This document shows positions 28,196-37,345 of a stretch of DNA of 64,000 nt, piece after piece (positions within the stretch are counted from its first letter, which is position 1; each line of letters starts with the position of its first letter). A model generated the notes under the pieces. It searched no databases and was not told the origin of the DNA. It saw only the letters and a list, made by a program, of their open reading frames with translations. Source of the stretch: Gemmatimonadales bacterium (lineage in GTDB: Bacteria > Gemmatimonadota > Gemmatimonadetes > Gemmatimonadales > GWC2-71-9); assembly GCA_039794085.1 (NCBI GenBank), contig JBDIWC010000012.1:23760-87759 (forward strand), read 5' to 3'. A program made the translations under genes and the position numbers.

Positions 28196-30492
28196 CCCCG
28201 GGGGAAGGAACGACTCTGCCCGGCTTGAACGCCGCCCAGCGCGAGGCGGTGGCGCATACCCACGGTCCCCTCCTCGTTCTCGCGGGGGCCGGATCGGGAA
28301 AGACCCGTGTTCTCACCGCCCGGATTGCGCATCTGCTGGAGTCCCACGGGGTGGCGCCCGACCGCATCTTCGCCGTGACGTTCACGAATCGCGCCGCCGG
28401 CGAAATGAAGGCTCGCGTGGCTCATCTTCTGGGCCGGGATCCGGCGGGGCTGTGGATCGGGACCTTCCACTCTCTTTCGGCCCGCCTGCTGCGCCGCGAG
28501 GCGCATCGGCTCGGGTTCGCCCCCGGGTTCACGATCTACGACGAGGACGATCGCCTGCGGCTCCTCAAACGGGTGATGGAGACGCGGAACCACTCCACCA
28601 AGCTCTTCCCCCCCAAGCTGGTCCAGCACATCGTTTCCTCGGCGAAGAACCGGATGCTGTCTCCCGAGGCGCTCCTGGCCGGCGCCCCGAACGATCCGCT
28701 GATCGCGGTGGCCGCCGACGTCCTCGGAGCCCTGGGCCGGGCCCTGCTCGCCGCCAATGCGATGGACTTTGACGACCTCCTCCTGCATCCGCTCACGCTG
28801 TTCCAGCAGCATCCGGATCGGAGAGAGGCGTGGCAGCGCCGGTTCCAGCATGTGCTGGTGGACGAGTTCCAGGACACCAACCTGGCGCAGTATCAGCTGG
28901 TCCGGTCGCTCGGACATCACGGCAACGTGTGCGTGGTCGGGGATGACGATCAGTCGATCTACGGGTGGCGGGGCGCGGATGTGGGAAACATGAGGGCCTT
29001 TCAGAAGGACTTTCCGGGCGCGGCGCTGATCCGTCTCGAGGAGAACTACCGGTCCACCCGGGTGATTCTCGACAGTGCCAACGCGGCGATCGCCCGGAAC
29101 CAGGGACGGATCGGCAAGACGTTGCGGACGGTTCGCCAGGGGGGGGAACGGCTGACGGTCCTGTCCGCGGCGGACGAGCGCGACGAGGCGGAATGGCTGG
29201 CGGCCGAGCTGGACCGCCGGATCCAGTCGGGCGATCGCGAGCCGCGCGAGATGGCCGTGTTGTATCGCACCAATGCGCAGTCCCGGGCCCTCGAAGAGGC
29301 GTTCCGGCGCGCGGGAATCCCCCATCGCATCATCGGAGCCATCAGCTTCTATGACCGGCGCGAGGTGAAGGACCTGATCGCCTATCTGCGCCTGGTGGTG
29401 AATCCCGCCGACGACCAGGCCTTCCTGCGCGCGGTGGGTGTTCCGAAGCGCGGCATCGGGGAGGCGAGCCTCGGGCTCCTCCAGGAACGCGCCACCACCT
29501 GGGGCATGTCCCTGCACGAGGCGGCCCGCCGGGCGGAGTGTCTCGACGGGCTCCGCCCCAACGTCCGCTCCGCGCTCCAGCGATTTGCCGGCCTGACGCG
29601 CGACCTCGCGGATCGTCACCCCGAGGCCCCTCCCGCCGTGGTGATCGAGGACCTGATCCGGTCCCTCGACTACGAGGGCGTGCTGCGGGCGGAGGGGCCG
29701 GAGGGCGAGGAACGCTGGGACAATGTGCGGGAGCTCCTCGCCGCCGCGGCGGCCTGGTCGGAGGTGGTTCCCGAGGAGCCGGCCGAGAGCGAGATCCGCA
29801 CGTCCCCGCTGCACCGATTTCTGGCCGAGGCGGCGCTGCTGTCCGGCGACGACCGGCGCACGGGATCCGAGGACGGGGTGACGCTGATGACCCTGCACAC
29901 CGCGAAGGGCCTGGAGTGGCCGGTCGTGGCCCTCGCGGGAATGGAGGACGGCCTGTTTCCCCTGGGACGCGCGCTCGAGACGGTCGATGGTCTGGAGGAA
30001 GAACGGAGGCTGTTTTACGTGGGACTGACACGGGCCAAAGACACCGTGATCCTGACGTGGGCCCGGGCCCGTCGCCGGGGTGGCGAATTGAAGCCGGGAA
30101 CCGCCTCCCGGTTTCTCGATGACCTCCCTCCGGCGCTGGTGGAGGAGCGGCAGACCTCCACCATGTGGCGCCCCACCCTCGGAGGACAGCGCGGATGGCG
30201 GGGGGCGTCGCGGTCCTCCTCCTGGTCCGGAGGTGCGGCCCCCCGGGCCGCGCCCGCGAGGGCGGTACCGGTGGCGGACACCTGGCCCGAGGAGGAGGCC
30301 TCGCAGGTGGCTCCCCGCTACGTCAAGGGGGAACGGGTGCGCCATCGCCGCTTCGGGAGCGGGGTCATCCGGGGCCTCACCGGGACGGGAAAGGCGCTCG
30401 CGGTGTCGGTCGTTTTTGATGACTCCGAGATCGGAGCCAAGACCCTGCTGGTGGCGTATGCCGGCCTCGAACGCGATTGGGATCCCGCATGA
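28192..30492 (+). CDS. pcrA: UvrD/PcrA ATP-dependent DNA helicase
   Basis: LAGAGSGKT, VDEFQDTN, GDDDQSIY, TLHTAKGLE, EEERRLFYVGLTRA; C-terminal GERVRHRRFG domain. Confidence 0.95.
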   Translation: MTPGEGTTLPGLNAAQREAVAHTHGPLLVLAGAGSGKTRVLTARIAHLLESHGVAPDRIFAVTFTNRAAGEMKARVAHLLGRDPAGLWIGTFHSLSARLLRREAHRLGFAPGFTIYDEDDRLRLLKRVMETRNHSTKLFPPKLVQHIVSSAKNRMLSPEALLAGAPNDPLIAVAADVLGALGRALLAANAMDFDDLLLHPLTLFQQHPDRREAWQRRFQHVLVDEFQDTNLAQYQLVRSLGHHGNVCVVGDDDQSIYGWRGADVGNMRAFQKDFPGAALIRLEENYRSTRVILDSANAAIARNQGRIGKTLRTVRQGGERLTVLSAADERDEAEWLAAELDRRIQSGDREPREMAVLYRTNAQSRALEEAFRRAGIPHRIIGAISFYDRREVKDLIAYLRLVVNPADDQAFLRAVGVPKRGIGEASLGLLQERATTWGMSLHEAARRAECLDGLRPNVRSALQRFAGLTRDLADRHPEAPPAVVIEDLIRSLDYEGVLRAEGPEGEERWDNVRELLAAAAAWSEVVPEEPAESEIRTSPLHRFLAEAALLSGDDRRTGSEDGVTLMTLHTAKGLEWPVVALAGMEDGLFPLGRALETVDGLEEERRLFYVGLTRAKDTVILTWARARRRGGELKPGTASRFLDDLPPALVEERQTSTMWRPTLGGQRGWRGASRSSSWSGGAAPRAAPARAVPVADTWPEEEASQVAPRYVKGERVRHRRFGSGVIRGLTGTGKALAVSVVFDDSEIGAKTLLVAYAGLERDWDPA

Positions 30493-31757
30493 CCCACGTC
30501 TCCCACCCCCCGGTTCCCGCAACCAGCGGTCTCATGGACGTGGCCACCATCCGGGAGGCGTTCCCGGCCCTGGATCGCCGCCACGGTGACCAGGCGGTGG
30601 CCTATTTCGATGGCCCGGGAGGGACCCAGGTGCCTCGTGTCGTGGGCGAGGCGATGCTCGACTATCTCTACCATCACAACGCGAACACCCACTGGCACTA
30701 TCCATCGAGTGCCGAAACCGACGCGATTCTGGCCGACGCGCGGGAGACCTTCACGGCCCTGCTCGGGGGGACCGCCCGTGAGGTGGTGTTCGGTGCCAAC
30801 ATGACCACCCTCACCTTCCATGTGGCGCGGGGGCTGGGCCGGGAGTGGGGGCCGGGGGACGAAATCGTGGTCACCGACCTGGACCACCATGCCAACGTGG
30901 CCCCGTGGCGGGCCCTGGCGGACGAGCGCGGGGTCACCATCCGGTCGGTTCCCTTCCACCCGGAGGATGGCACGCTGGATTGGGAGCGGTTCGCCGAGGC
31001 GGTCACGCCACGGACCCGGCTCGTGGCGGTGGGCGCCGCCTCCAACGCTCTCGGCACGGTGAACGACCTGCCCCGCGCCGCCGCTCTGGCCCGGGAGGCC
31101 GGGGCCCTGTTGTTCGTCGACGCGGTGCATGGGGCGGCGCACGGGACCTTCGATCGGGTGGCCCTCGGGGCCGACCTGATCGCCTGTTCCCCCTACAAGT
31201 TCTACGGCCCCCATCTCGGCGTGTTGAGTGGCGACGAGGCACTCCTCACCCGGATCCGCATTCCCCGGTTGGATCCCGCCCCGGCGGACGCACCGGAACG
31301 GATCGAAACCGGCACCCAGAACCACGAGGCCATCGCGGGAGCGGCGGCCGCCGTGCGGTGGCTGGCGTCTCTCGCGCCGGACGAGAGTGGTCGTCCGCTC
31401 CGGTCGAGACTCCAGGATGTCATGCACGGACTGCATGAGCGGGGACAGGTGCTCTGTACGGCGCTGTGGGCGGGGTTGAGCGGGTGCCCCGGGGTTCGGC
31501 TGTATGGTCCCCCTCCGACGGGAGAGCGGACGCCTACCGTGGGATTCACCGTGGAGGGAGTTTCCTCCGCGCGGGTGGCCGAGGCGCTCGCCGACCGCGG
31601 GGTGTTCGTGTCCCATGGCGACTTCTACGCGGCCACCGTGGTCGAGCGACTGGGTCTGGGGGACGACGGTCTGGTGCGGGCGGGTGCCGCCTGCTACACC
31701 ACCATGGCGGAAGTGGAGCGACTCATCGCGGGGGTGGAGTCCCTGAGTCGGGAGTGA
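30489..31757 (+). CDS. Cysteine desulfurase-like PLP enzyme (class V aminotransferase)
   Basis: YFDGPGGTQVP, LDHHANV, DAVH, SPYKFYGPH, ETGT. Confidence 0.88.
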   Translation: MTHVSHPPVPATSGLMDVATIREAFPALDRRHGDQAVAYFDGPGGTQVPRVVGEAMLDYLYHHNANTHWHYPSSAETDAILADARETFTALLGGTAREVVFGANMTTLTFHVARGLGREWGPGDEIVVTDLDHHANVAPWRALADERGVTIRSVPFHPEDGTLDWERFAEAVTPRTRLVAVGAASNALGTVNDLPRAAALAREAGALLFVDAVHGAAHGTFDRVALGADLIACSPYKFYGPHLGVLSGDEALLTRIRIPRLDPAPADAPERIETGTQNHEAIAGAAAAVRWLASLAPDESGRPLRSRLQDVMHGLHERGQVLCTALWAGLSGCPGVRLYGPPPTGERTPTVGFTVEGVSSARVAEALADRGVFVSHGDFYAATVVERLGLGDDGLVRAGAACYTTMAEVERLIAGVESLSRE

Positions 31758-32748
31758 GGTCGGGGGCGGCGGGTGATCCATTGCGGGGGACCGTGGCGAC
31801 CGCGGTGGCCGCCGCCGCGGCCGCGGCCGCCTGGACCCAGGGACGGTCCAGGATGGCGTCGCGCCAGTAGGTCCGCGCCTCGGTGGGCAACCCGAAATGA
31901 CCTTCCGCCACCTCCAGGAGACGTTCGGGCTCGTACCATCCCCCGCTCAGGAGGGCGGTACGCCGGATGCGTTTGGCTCGCTGGAGCGGGTCATGACCCA
32001 CCGGGTCGAACTGATGCACCCGCGCCGTGTCTCCCGCCAGCGTCTCCATCGAAAAATCGTACGCCAGGCCGAGATGACGCTCCACGTCGGCATCGGTGAG
32101 CAACCAGCGACTCCGCTCCCGCGCCACCTGCATGGCCCGCTGCCAGCTCCGGGTGTGGGTCAGGTGGACCATGCCGCGGAAGATCCGGCGGTTGGTCGGG
32201 ACACTGAAGAGGGTGGGGGAGATGATCTGTTCCAGGTGCCGGTCCGCCGGCTCGTGGTCGAGCTGGATGATCTCCCGGGCACGCCGGGCGTACCGGTCGG
32301 TGAGGTGGGTCTCGGCTCGGCTCTCCCAGTAGCTGTGTCCCATTGAACGGGTGCTGCTGGTGAGGAGCAGCTGTCGCGGCACGAAGTAGTTGTGGGCGAC
32401 GGTGTCGGCGGCCAGATGCGTGAGATACCCGAGACCGAAAGCGCGAAGTGCGTCCTGCTCGGCGCGGGTGTGGACCTCATGACCGACCTGCCAGAAATGG
32501 GAGTGACGTCCCGGCGGAACGTAATGCTTGGCGATCGACGTGTCCGGGGCGATGGTCCCGTAGAGAAAATCATACGGGAAGGCATGAAGCAACTCGGCCG
32601 TGGCCGCGGGAAGCAGCCGGAGGTTGGTGAGGATGGACTCACCGAGGTAGATGTGCGTACCGGGAGTCCACGCCCAGGCGCTGTCGGGGAGGATCACAAG
32701 CAGCAGAATCCCGGCCACCAGGACCCGGCCTGCCGCGCGAACGGTCAT
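31723..32748 (-). CDS. Zinc-dependent phospholipase C family protein
   Basis: Signal peptide then W-TPGTH; APD, GYLTHLAADTVAH, H..WE. Confidence 0.82.
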   Translation of the reverse strand: MTVRAAGRVLVAGILLLVILPDSAWAWTPGTHIYLGESILTNLRLLPAATAELLHAFPYDFLYGTIAPDTSIAKHYVPPGRHSHFWQVGHEVHTRAEQDALRAFGLGYLTHLAADTVAHNYFVPRQLLLTSSTRSMGHSYWESRAETHLTDRYARRAREIIQLDHEPADRHLEQIISPTLFSVPTNRRIFRGMVHLTHTRSWQRAMQVARERSRWLLTDADVERHLGLAYDFSMETLAGDTARVHQFDPVGHDPLQRAKRIRRTALLSGGWYEPERLLEVAEGHFGLPTEARTYWRDAILDRPWVQAAAAAAAATAVATVPRNGSPAAPDLTPDSGTPPPR

Positions 32749-33236
32749 CCGCGCTTCCGCTTCTGAGCTCGCCGGCTGAGGAAGCGGGACACCTGCCCAC
32801 CGATCCGGGCGAATTTCCCTCCCAGGCCAACCCCGGTCCGCACCGTTCTGACGGCGGCCGCGACACCCAGCGAGGTGTCCTCCACTTCCTCCCGCAAGAC
32901 CTCGTACAGTGTGTCGAGCTCCTCGAACCGCTCCTGCAGCCGATCGGCTCCCCGGGTGACGCGTCGGCGCAGGCGGCGGCTGGTCAGGAGGATCGCCTCC
33001 ACCTCGTGACGGACGGAATGTTTGAGGGAATCGGCCTCCCGGACCAGGGAGGCAAGCGCCGTGATCGTGGGCCCGAGTTCGGTGGTCAGCCGATCCACGT
33101 TCTGCGCCATCCGGTCACTCTGGGCCTTGAAGTCGAGGGCAAGCCGGATCAGGACACCCGCGATGATCAGGAATGCCACGGCGATCAGAACCAGAGCGAC
33201 GGCCACAACGGGCCCGACCCAGGCCGGTGTCACCAT
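32745..33236 (-). CDS. Membrane-anchored coiled-coil protein (DUF948-like)
   Basis: N-terminal TM then heptad helices; overlaps start of PLC gene. Confidence 0.65.
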   Translation of the reverse strand: MVTPAWVGPVVAVALVLIAVAFLIIAGVLIRLALDFKAQSDRMAQNVDRLTTELGPTITALASLVREADSLKHSVRHEVEAILLTSRRLRRRVTRGADRLQERFEELDTLYEVLREEVEDTSLGVAAAVRTVRTGVGLGGKFARIGGQVSRFLSRRAQKRKRG

Positions 33237-33341
33237 GGGGAGCCTCCCGAAGTTGGTGATCCATGGGTGCTCGGCATGGAGGGAAGATAATGCCCCGGGA
33301 CTCCGCTTGACGGACTTTCGGCAACCGGCGAGGTTTGCGCG

Positions 33342-34625
33342 ATGGCTCCTCGATTCCATGTCCTCGGTGGTCGCCCCCTGACCGGCACGATCCATCCCGC
33401 CGGGAACAAGAACGCGGCTCTTCCCCTCATCGCCGCCACCCTGCTCGCCGACGGACCGGTGGAACTGGGGAATATCCCGAGAATCCGGGATGTGGAGATG
33501 CTTCTCGCTCTCCTCGAGCATCTGGGATCCCGCGTGGAATGGACCGCGGCCAATACGGTGGTGGTGGATACCGCCGCGGCGGAACCCCGGGCCCTCGATC
33601 CCGATCTCTGTGCCCGCATCAGAGCCTCGATCCTCCTCGCCGGCCCCCTCCTGGCCCGGTTCGGAGCGGTGGCCCTTCCTCCCCCCGGTGGCGACGTGAT
33701 CGGCCGTCGCCGGGTGGACACTCATTTCCTGGCGCTGGAACAGCTCGGCGCCCGCATCCACGTGGGGGAACGCTACGAAATCGAGGGGCGGAATCTCCGG
33801 GGAGCGGACATCTTTCTGGACGAGCCGAGTGTGACCGGAACCGAGAACGCCCTGATGGCCGCTGTGGCCGCCTCGGGAAGGACGATTCTCCGGAACGCCG
33901 CCTCGGAGCCCCATGTGCAGGACCTGGCGCGAGGGCTGGTCGCCATGGGCGCCCGGATCGACGGGATTGGCACCAATGGGTACATCATCGAGGGCGGCCT
34001 CCCGCTCCGGGGGTGTCCCATCACGATCGGGGCTGATCACATCGAGATCGCCAGCTTCATCGGGTTGGCTGCCGCCACCAACAGCGAGATCACCATCGAC
34101 GGGGTGCGGGGGGAGGATCTCCGGAGCACCCTGACGGGGTTCGAGCGGCTCGGGGTCCGGCCCCGGCTGGAGGGACATCTGCTGCATGTCGACCGGGACC
34201 AGGAGCGGCGGATCCGTCCCGATCTGGGCGGACATGTGCCGAAGCTGGAGGATGGACCGTGGCCGGCCTTCCCGGCCGACGCCATGTCCATCGCCCTGGT
34301 CACGGCCACCCAGTGCCAGGGGCTCCTTCTCGTGTTCGAGAAGATGTTCGAATCCCGGCTTTTCTTCGTCGACAAGCTCATCGGCATGGGGGCGCGGATC
34401 GTCCTCTGTGATCCGCATCGCGCGGTGATTGCCGGCCCCTCTCCCCTGCGGGGCGCCGTGGTGGAATCCCCCGACATCCGGGCCGGCATGGCGATGCTGG
34501 TGGCCGCCCTTGCCGCCGAGGGAACGAGCACCATCCACAACGTCGGGCAGATCGAGCGGGGATATGAGCAGATTGACTCCCGCCTCCGCGCCCTGGGGGC
34601 GGAGGTGGAACGGGTGGACGATTGA
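33342..34625 (+). CDS. murA: UDP-N-acetylglucosamine 1-carboxyvinyltransferase
   Basis: KNAALP, RASIL, PGGDVIGRR, SVTGTEN, DIRAG, IERGYE. Confidence 0.97.
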   Translation: MAPRFHVLGGRPLTGTIHPAGNKNAALPLIAATLLADGPVELGNIPRIRDVEMLLALLEHLGSRVEWTAANTVVVDTAAAEPRALDPDLCARIRASILLAGPLLARFGAVALPPPGGDVIGRRRVDTHFLALEQLGARIHVGERYEIEGRNLRGADIFLDEPSVTGTENALMAAVAASGRTILRNAASEPHVQDLARGLVAMGARIDGIGTNGYIIEGGLPLRGCPITIGADHIEIASFIGLAAATNSEITIDGVRGEDLRSTLTGFERLGVRPRLEGHLLHVDRDQERRIRPDLGGHVPKLEDGPWPAFPADAMSIALVTATQCQGLLLVFEKMFESRLFFVDKLIGMGARIVLCDPHRAVIAGPSPLRGAVVESPDIRAGMAMLVAALAAEGTSTIHNVGQIERGYEQIDSRLRALGAEVERVDD

Positions 34626-35410
34626 CCGAGCGTGACCTCAGCCCGGCCCCGTCCATTCCGATCGGTCTGGTGGAAGGGTGGCACGCTCTCGGTGTCGTGG
34701 CGGGTATGACCGAGCGCCCCGATCCTCTGGGCGGCGATTTCGACCTTGGCCTTCGTGGCCGGGAGCCTGCCGGAGAGGTCATGGCCCGCTGGGATCGTTT
34801 CCGGGCGGCGTTCTCCGGCTTTCAGGCCTTTCGATCGGGGCACCAGGTTCACGGCACCACGGTCCTCCGACACCAGGGGGAAGGACCACCGGGGTGGACC
34901 ATCACGGAGGGTGTGGACGGGCACGTCACCGACGCTCCCGGGATTCTCCTCCTGGTGACGGTGGCGGACTGTATCCCGGTGTTTCTCTTCGATCCGGTGG
35001 CTCGGGTGGCGGGGTTGATGCATGCCGGATGGCGCGGAACAGCGGGGGGAATACTCGGTGCCGGGTTGGAGATGATGACCCACTGCGGAGCCGCTGTTGA
35101 AAACACGATTATGCACTGTGGCGTAGGGATTTGCGGTGGTTGCTATGAGGTGGGAAGCGAAGTTGCGGACGCCTTGGGAATCGCCACAGCAGGTGATGTG
35201 GGACGGTTGACGGTTGATCTCCGGGCGTGCCTGGTGGAGGAGGGGAGGCGGGCAGGGATTCGAACGATCTCGGTCGCTCCTGAATGCTCCCGGGAACGGG
35301 AGGATCGCTTCTTCTCTCACCGGCGAGGTGGTGTGGGAGAAGGACGGATGGTTGCCTTTCTGGGGATGCCGCCCCGAAGGGGTCCCGCGGGGGCGGGCTC
35401 ACCCGTTTGA
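34622..35410 (+). CDS. pgeF: Peptidoglycan editing factor PgeF / YfiH family
   Basis: QVHG, VADCIPV, HAGWRG, CYEVG, FFSHRR. Confidence 0.9.
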   Translation: MTERDLSPAPSIPIGLVEGWHALGVVAGMTERPDPLGGDFDLGLRGREPAGEVMARWDRFRAAFSGFQAFRSGHQVHGTTVLRHQGEGPPGWTITEGVDGHVTDAPGILLLVTVADCIPVFLFDPVARVAGLMHAGWRGTAGGILGAGLEMMTHCGAAVENTIMHCGVGICGGCYEVGSEVADALGIATAGDVGRLTVDLRACLVEEGRRAGIRTISVAPECSREREDRFFSHRRGGVGEGRMVAFLGMPPRRGPAGAGSPV

Positions 35411-35435
35411 CGTCACCCCCTGACAGGGCTATGTT
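35407..35435 (+). promoter_or_regulatory. sigma70 promoter of the nusA operon
   Basis: TTGACG-N17-TATGTT. Confidence 0.6.
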
Positions 35436-35470
35436 TACGGTCTGGCTGGATCCCGTTGGGATCCCGGGTG

Positions 35471-35500
35471 ATGTGGGGTCCGTCCCCACATTTTTCTTTT
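35471..35500 (+). promoter_or_regulatory. rimP-leader-like attenuator hairpin
   Basis: ATGTGGGG-TCCGT-CCCCACAT followed by TTTTCTTTT, upstream of nusA. Confidence 0.7.
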
Positions 35501-35662
35501 CCCCGCTGGCGGGTGGCTTTCCCATCCGTCCTTGTCTCGAGATCCCTCTCGCAACGGGCAGGTCCGTGGAGCGGGTTCCGGGCGTCAGCCCCCGCGAATG
35601 CGGCGGCACGACGGCGGGGCCACGGACGTGCGCAATCGCAGCCGTTCCTGCGCTGGAGTACC

Positions 35663-37030
35663 ATGATGGCCGGTTCAGTGGAAATGTTGGCCGCGTTTCG
35701 GGAGTTGGCCACCCTGAAGCAGCTCGATCGGGGCGACCTCATCGATCTGCTGCAGGATGGAATCCATGCGGCGCTGATGCGGAAGTTTGGCCCCAATGTC
35801 AAGTTCGAGATGCAGCTGGATGACCTGAACGGGACCATTCGAATCACCCGGCTCCGGCAGGTGGCCCTGGAGGTGGAGGATCCGTCCGCTCAGGTGTCGC
35901 TCGAGGATGCCCGATACGAGGATCCGGAGTTCGAAGTGGGGGACATGCTGGAGGAGGATGTCCCGTTCGAGGAATTCGGGCGCCTGGCGGTGCAGGCCGC
36001 GAAGCAGCGGATTCTTCAGCGGGTGCGGGAAGGGGAGCGGACCCGGATTCGGGAGGAATTCGGCCATCGGATGGGAGACCTCCTCTCCGGGGAGATCCAG
36101 CAGATCGAGAGGGGGAAGATTGTCCTTCTTCTTCCCAAGTTTCGCGAGGCGGAGGCCATCATCCCCTACCGGGAGCAGAACCACCGCGAGCACTTCCACC
36201 AGGGGGACACCATCCGCGCCGTCCTCAAGCGGCTGGAGGAGACCCCGAAGGGCCCCCGCCTGGTCCTGTCCCGCGCCGATCCCGGTTTCGTGGCCGCGCT
36301 CTTCAAGCTGGAAGTTCCGGAGATCGCTCAGGGAATTGTGGAGATCCGTGCCACGGCGCGCGAGGTGAGCAGCCGGACCAAGGTCGCCGTCATCAGCCGG
36401 GATGATGCCATTGACCCGGTGGGGGCCTGCGTCGGCCTGAAGGGAAGCCGGGTTCAGGCGATCGTGAACGAACTGGGGGGAGAGCGGATCGACATCGTGC
36501 CCTGGTCGCCCGATCCGGAGCGGTTTGCCCGGCTCGCCCTCGCCCCGGCGCGGGTGGCCAAGGTGTTCTCGGTGCCGGACACGCGTACCATTCAGGCGGT
36601 GGTGGACGAGGATCAGCTCTCCCTTGCCATCGGCCGTAACGGCCAGAACGTGCGACTGGCGTCGGAACTGACCGGATGGAAGATCGATCTCTATTCCAGC
36701 CGGGAGTGGATGGAGCGGGGTGGGGAGGGTCCGCTCTTCCTGCCGGCCACGGAGGAGGAAATCGTCACCCGAGTCCCCCTGTCGGAGCTCAAGGGACTTT
36801 CGGAGGAGCTGGTGGCCACGCTGGCGGCGGCGGGACATGTCATGCTCGACGACATCCTCGACCTGGAGCGGGCCGACATCAGTGCGCTCCCGGGCATCAC
36901 GCCCGCGGCCGAGGAGCAGCTGGTGGCCTTTCTGGCCGATCTGCTCGACGAGGGTGAGGAGCCGGGTGACGGGGAGGAGTCTGGCGAGGGTGTGACGCCG
37001 GAGAGTGTCTCGCCCCCGCCCGCCGGGTGA
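35663..37030 (+). CDS. nusA: Transcription termination factor NusA
   Basis: FGRLAVQAAKQ, EVPEI, DPVGACVG.KGSRV, QLSLAIGRNGQNVRLA; GGAG SD. Confidence 0.97.
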   Translation: MMAGSVEMLAAFRELATLKQLDRGDLIDLLQDGIHAALMRKFGPNVKFEMQLDDLNGTIRITRLRQVALEVEDPSAQVSLEDARYEDPEFEVGDMLEEDVPFEEFGRLAVQAAKQRILQRVREGERTRIREEFGHRMGDLLSGEIQQIERGKIVLLLPKFREAEAIIPYREQNHREHFHQGDTIRAVLKRLEETPKGPRLVLSRADPGFVAALFKLEVPEIAQGIVEIRATAREVSSRTKVAVISRDDAIDPVGACVGLKGSRVQAIVNELGGERIDIVPWSPDPERFARLALAPARVAKVFSVPDTRTIQAVVDEDQLSLAIGRNGQNVRLASELTGWKIDLYSSREWMERGGEGPLFLPATEEEIVTRVPLSELKGLSEELVATLAAAGHVMLDDILDLERADISALPGITPAAEEQLVAFLADLLDEGEEPGDGEESGEGVTPESVSPPPAG

Positions 37031-37335
37031 CAGGTCTGGAGGGGTTGCTGGGTCTCGGTGCGCGAGCCGGTTCGATTCTGATCGGTGTGGAAGCGGTGCG
37101 GGCGGGATTGCAGCGGGAGCGGTGCCGGGTCGTGGTGATTGCCTCCGATGCGAGCCCTCGGGCTCGGGAGAAGGTGGAACGTCTCGCGGCCGGTCGCGGA
37201 ATACCCCGGGTTGTCGGACCCGGTTCGGATGCACTGGGGCGGCAATTGGGTCGTCCGCCCGTCATGGTAGTCGGGATCGTCGATCCCGCCCTTGCCCGAG
37301 GGATTGTACGAGCCGCTCCCGGCGGACCGGCCTGA
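37027..37335 (+). CDS. L7Ae/L30e family protein (YlxQ-like)
   Basis: LLGLGARAG, VVIASDAS, LGRQLG; between nusA and infB. Confidence 0.88.
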   Translation: MTGLEGLLGLGARAGSILIGVEAVRAGLQRERCRVVVIASDASPRAREKVERLAAGRGIPRVVGPGSDALGRQLGRPPVMVVGIVDPALARGIVRAAPGGPA

Positions 37336-37345
37336 GGAGGAGTTT

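Noticed and set aside
31723..31830. Poly-Ala tail and 35-bp convergent overlap of the PLC and desulfurase-like genes
   Set aside because: Low-complexity C-terminal extension, common in GC-rich genomes.
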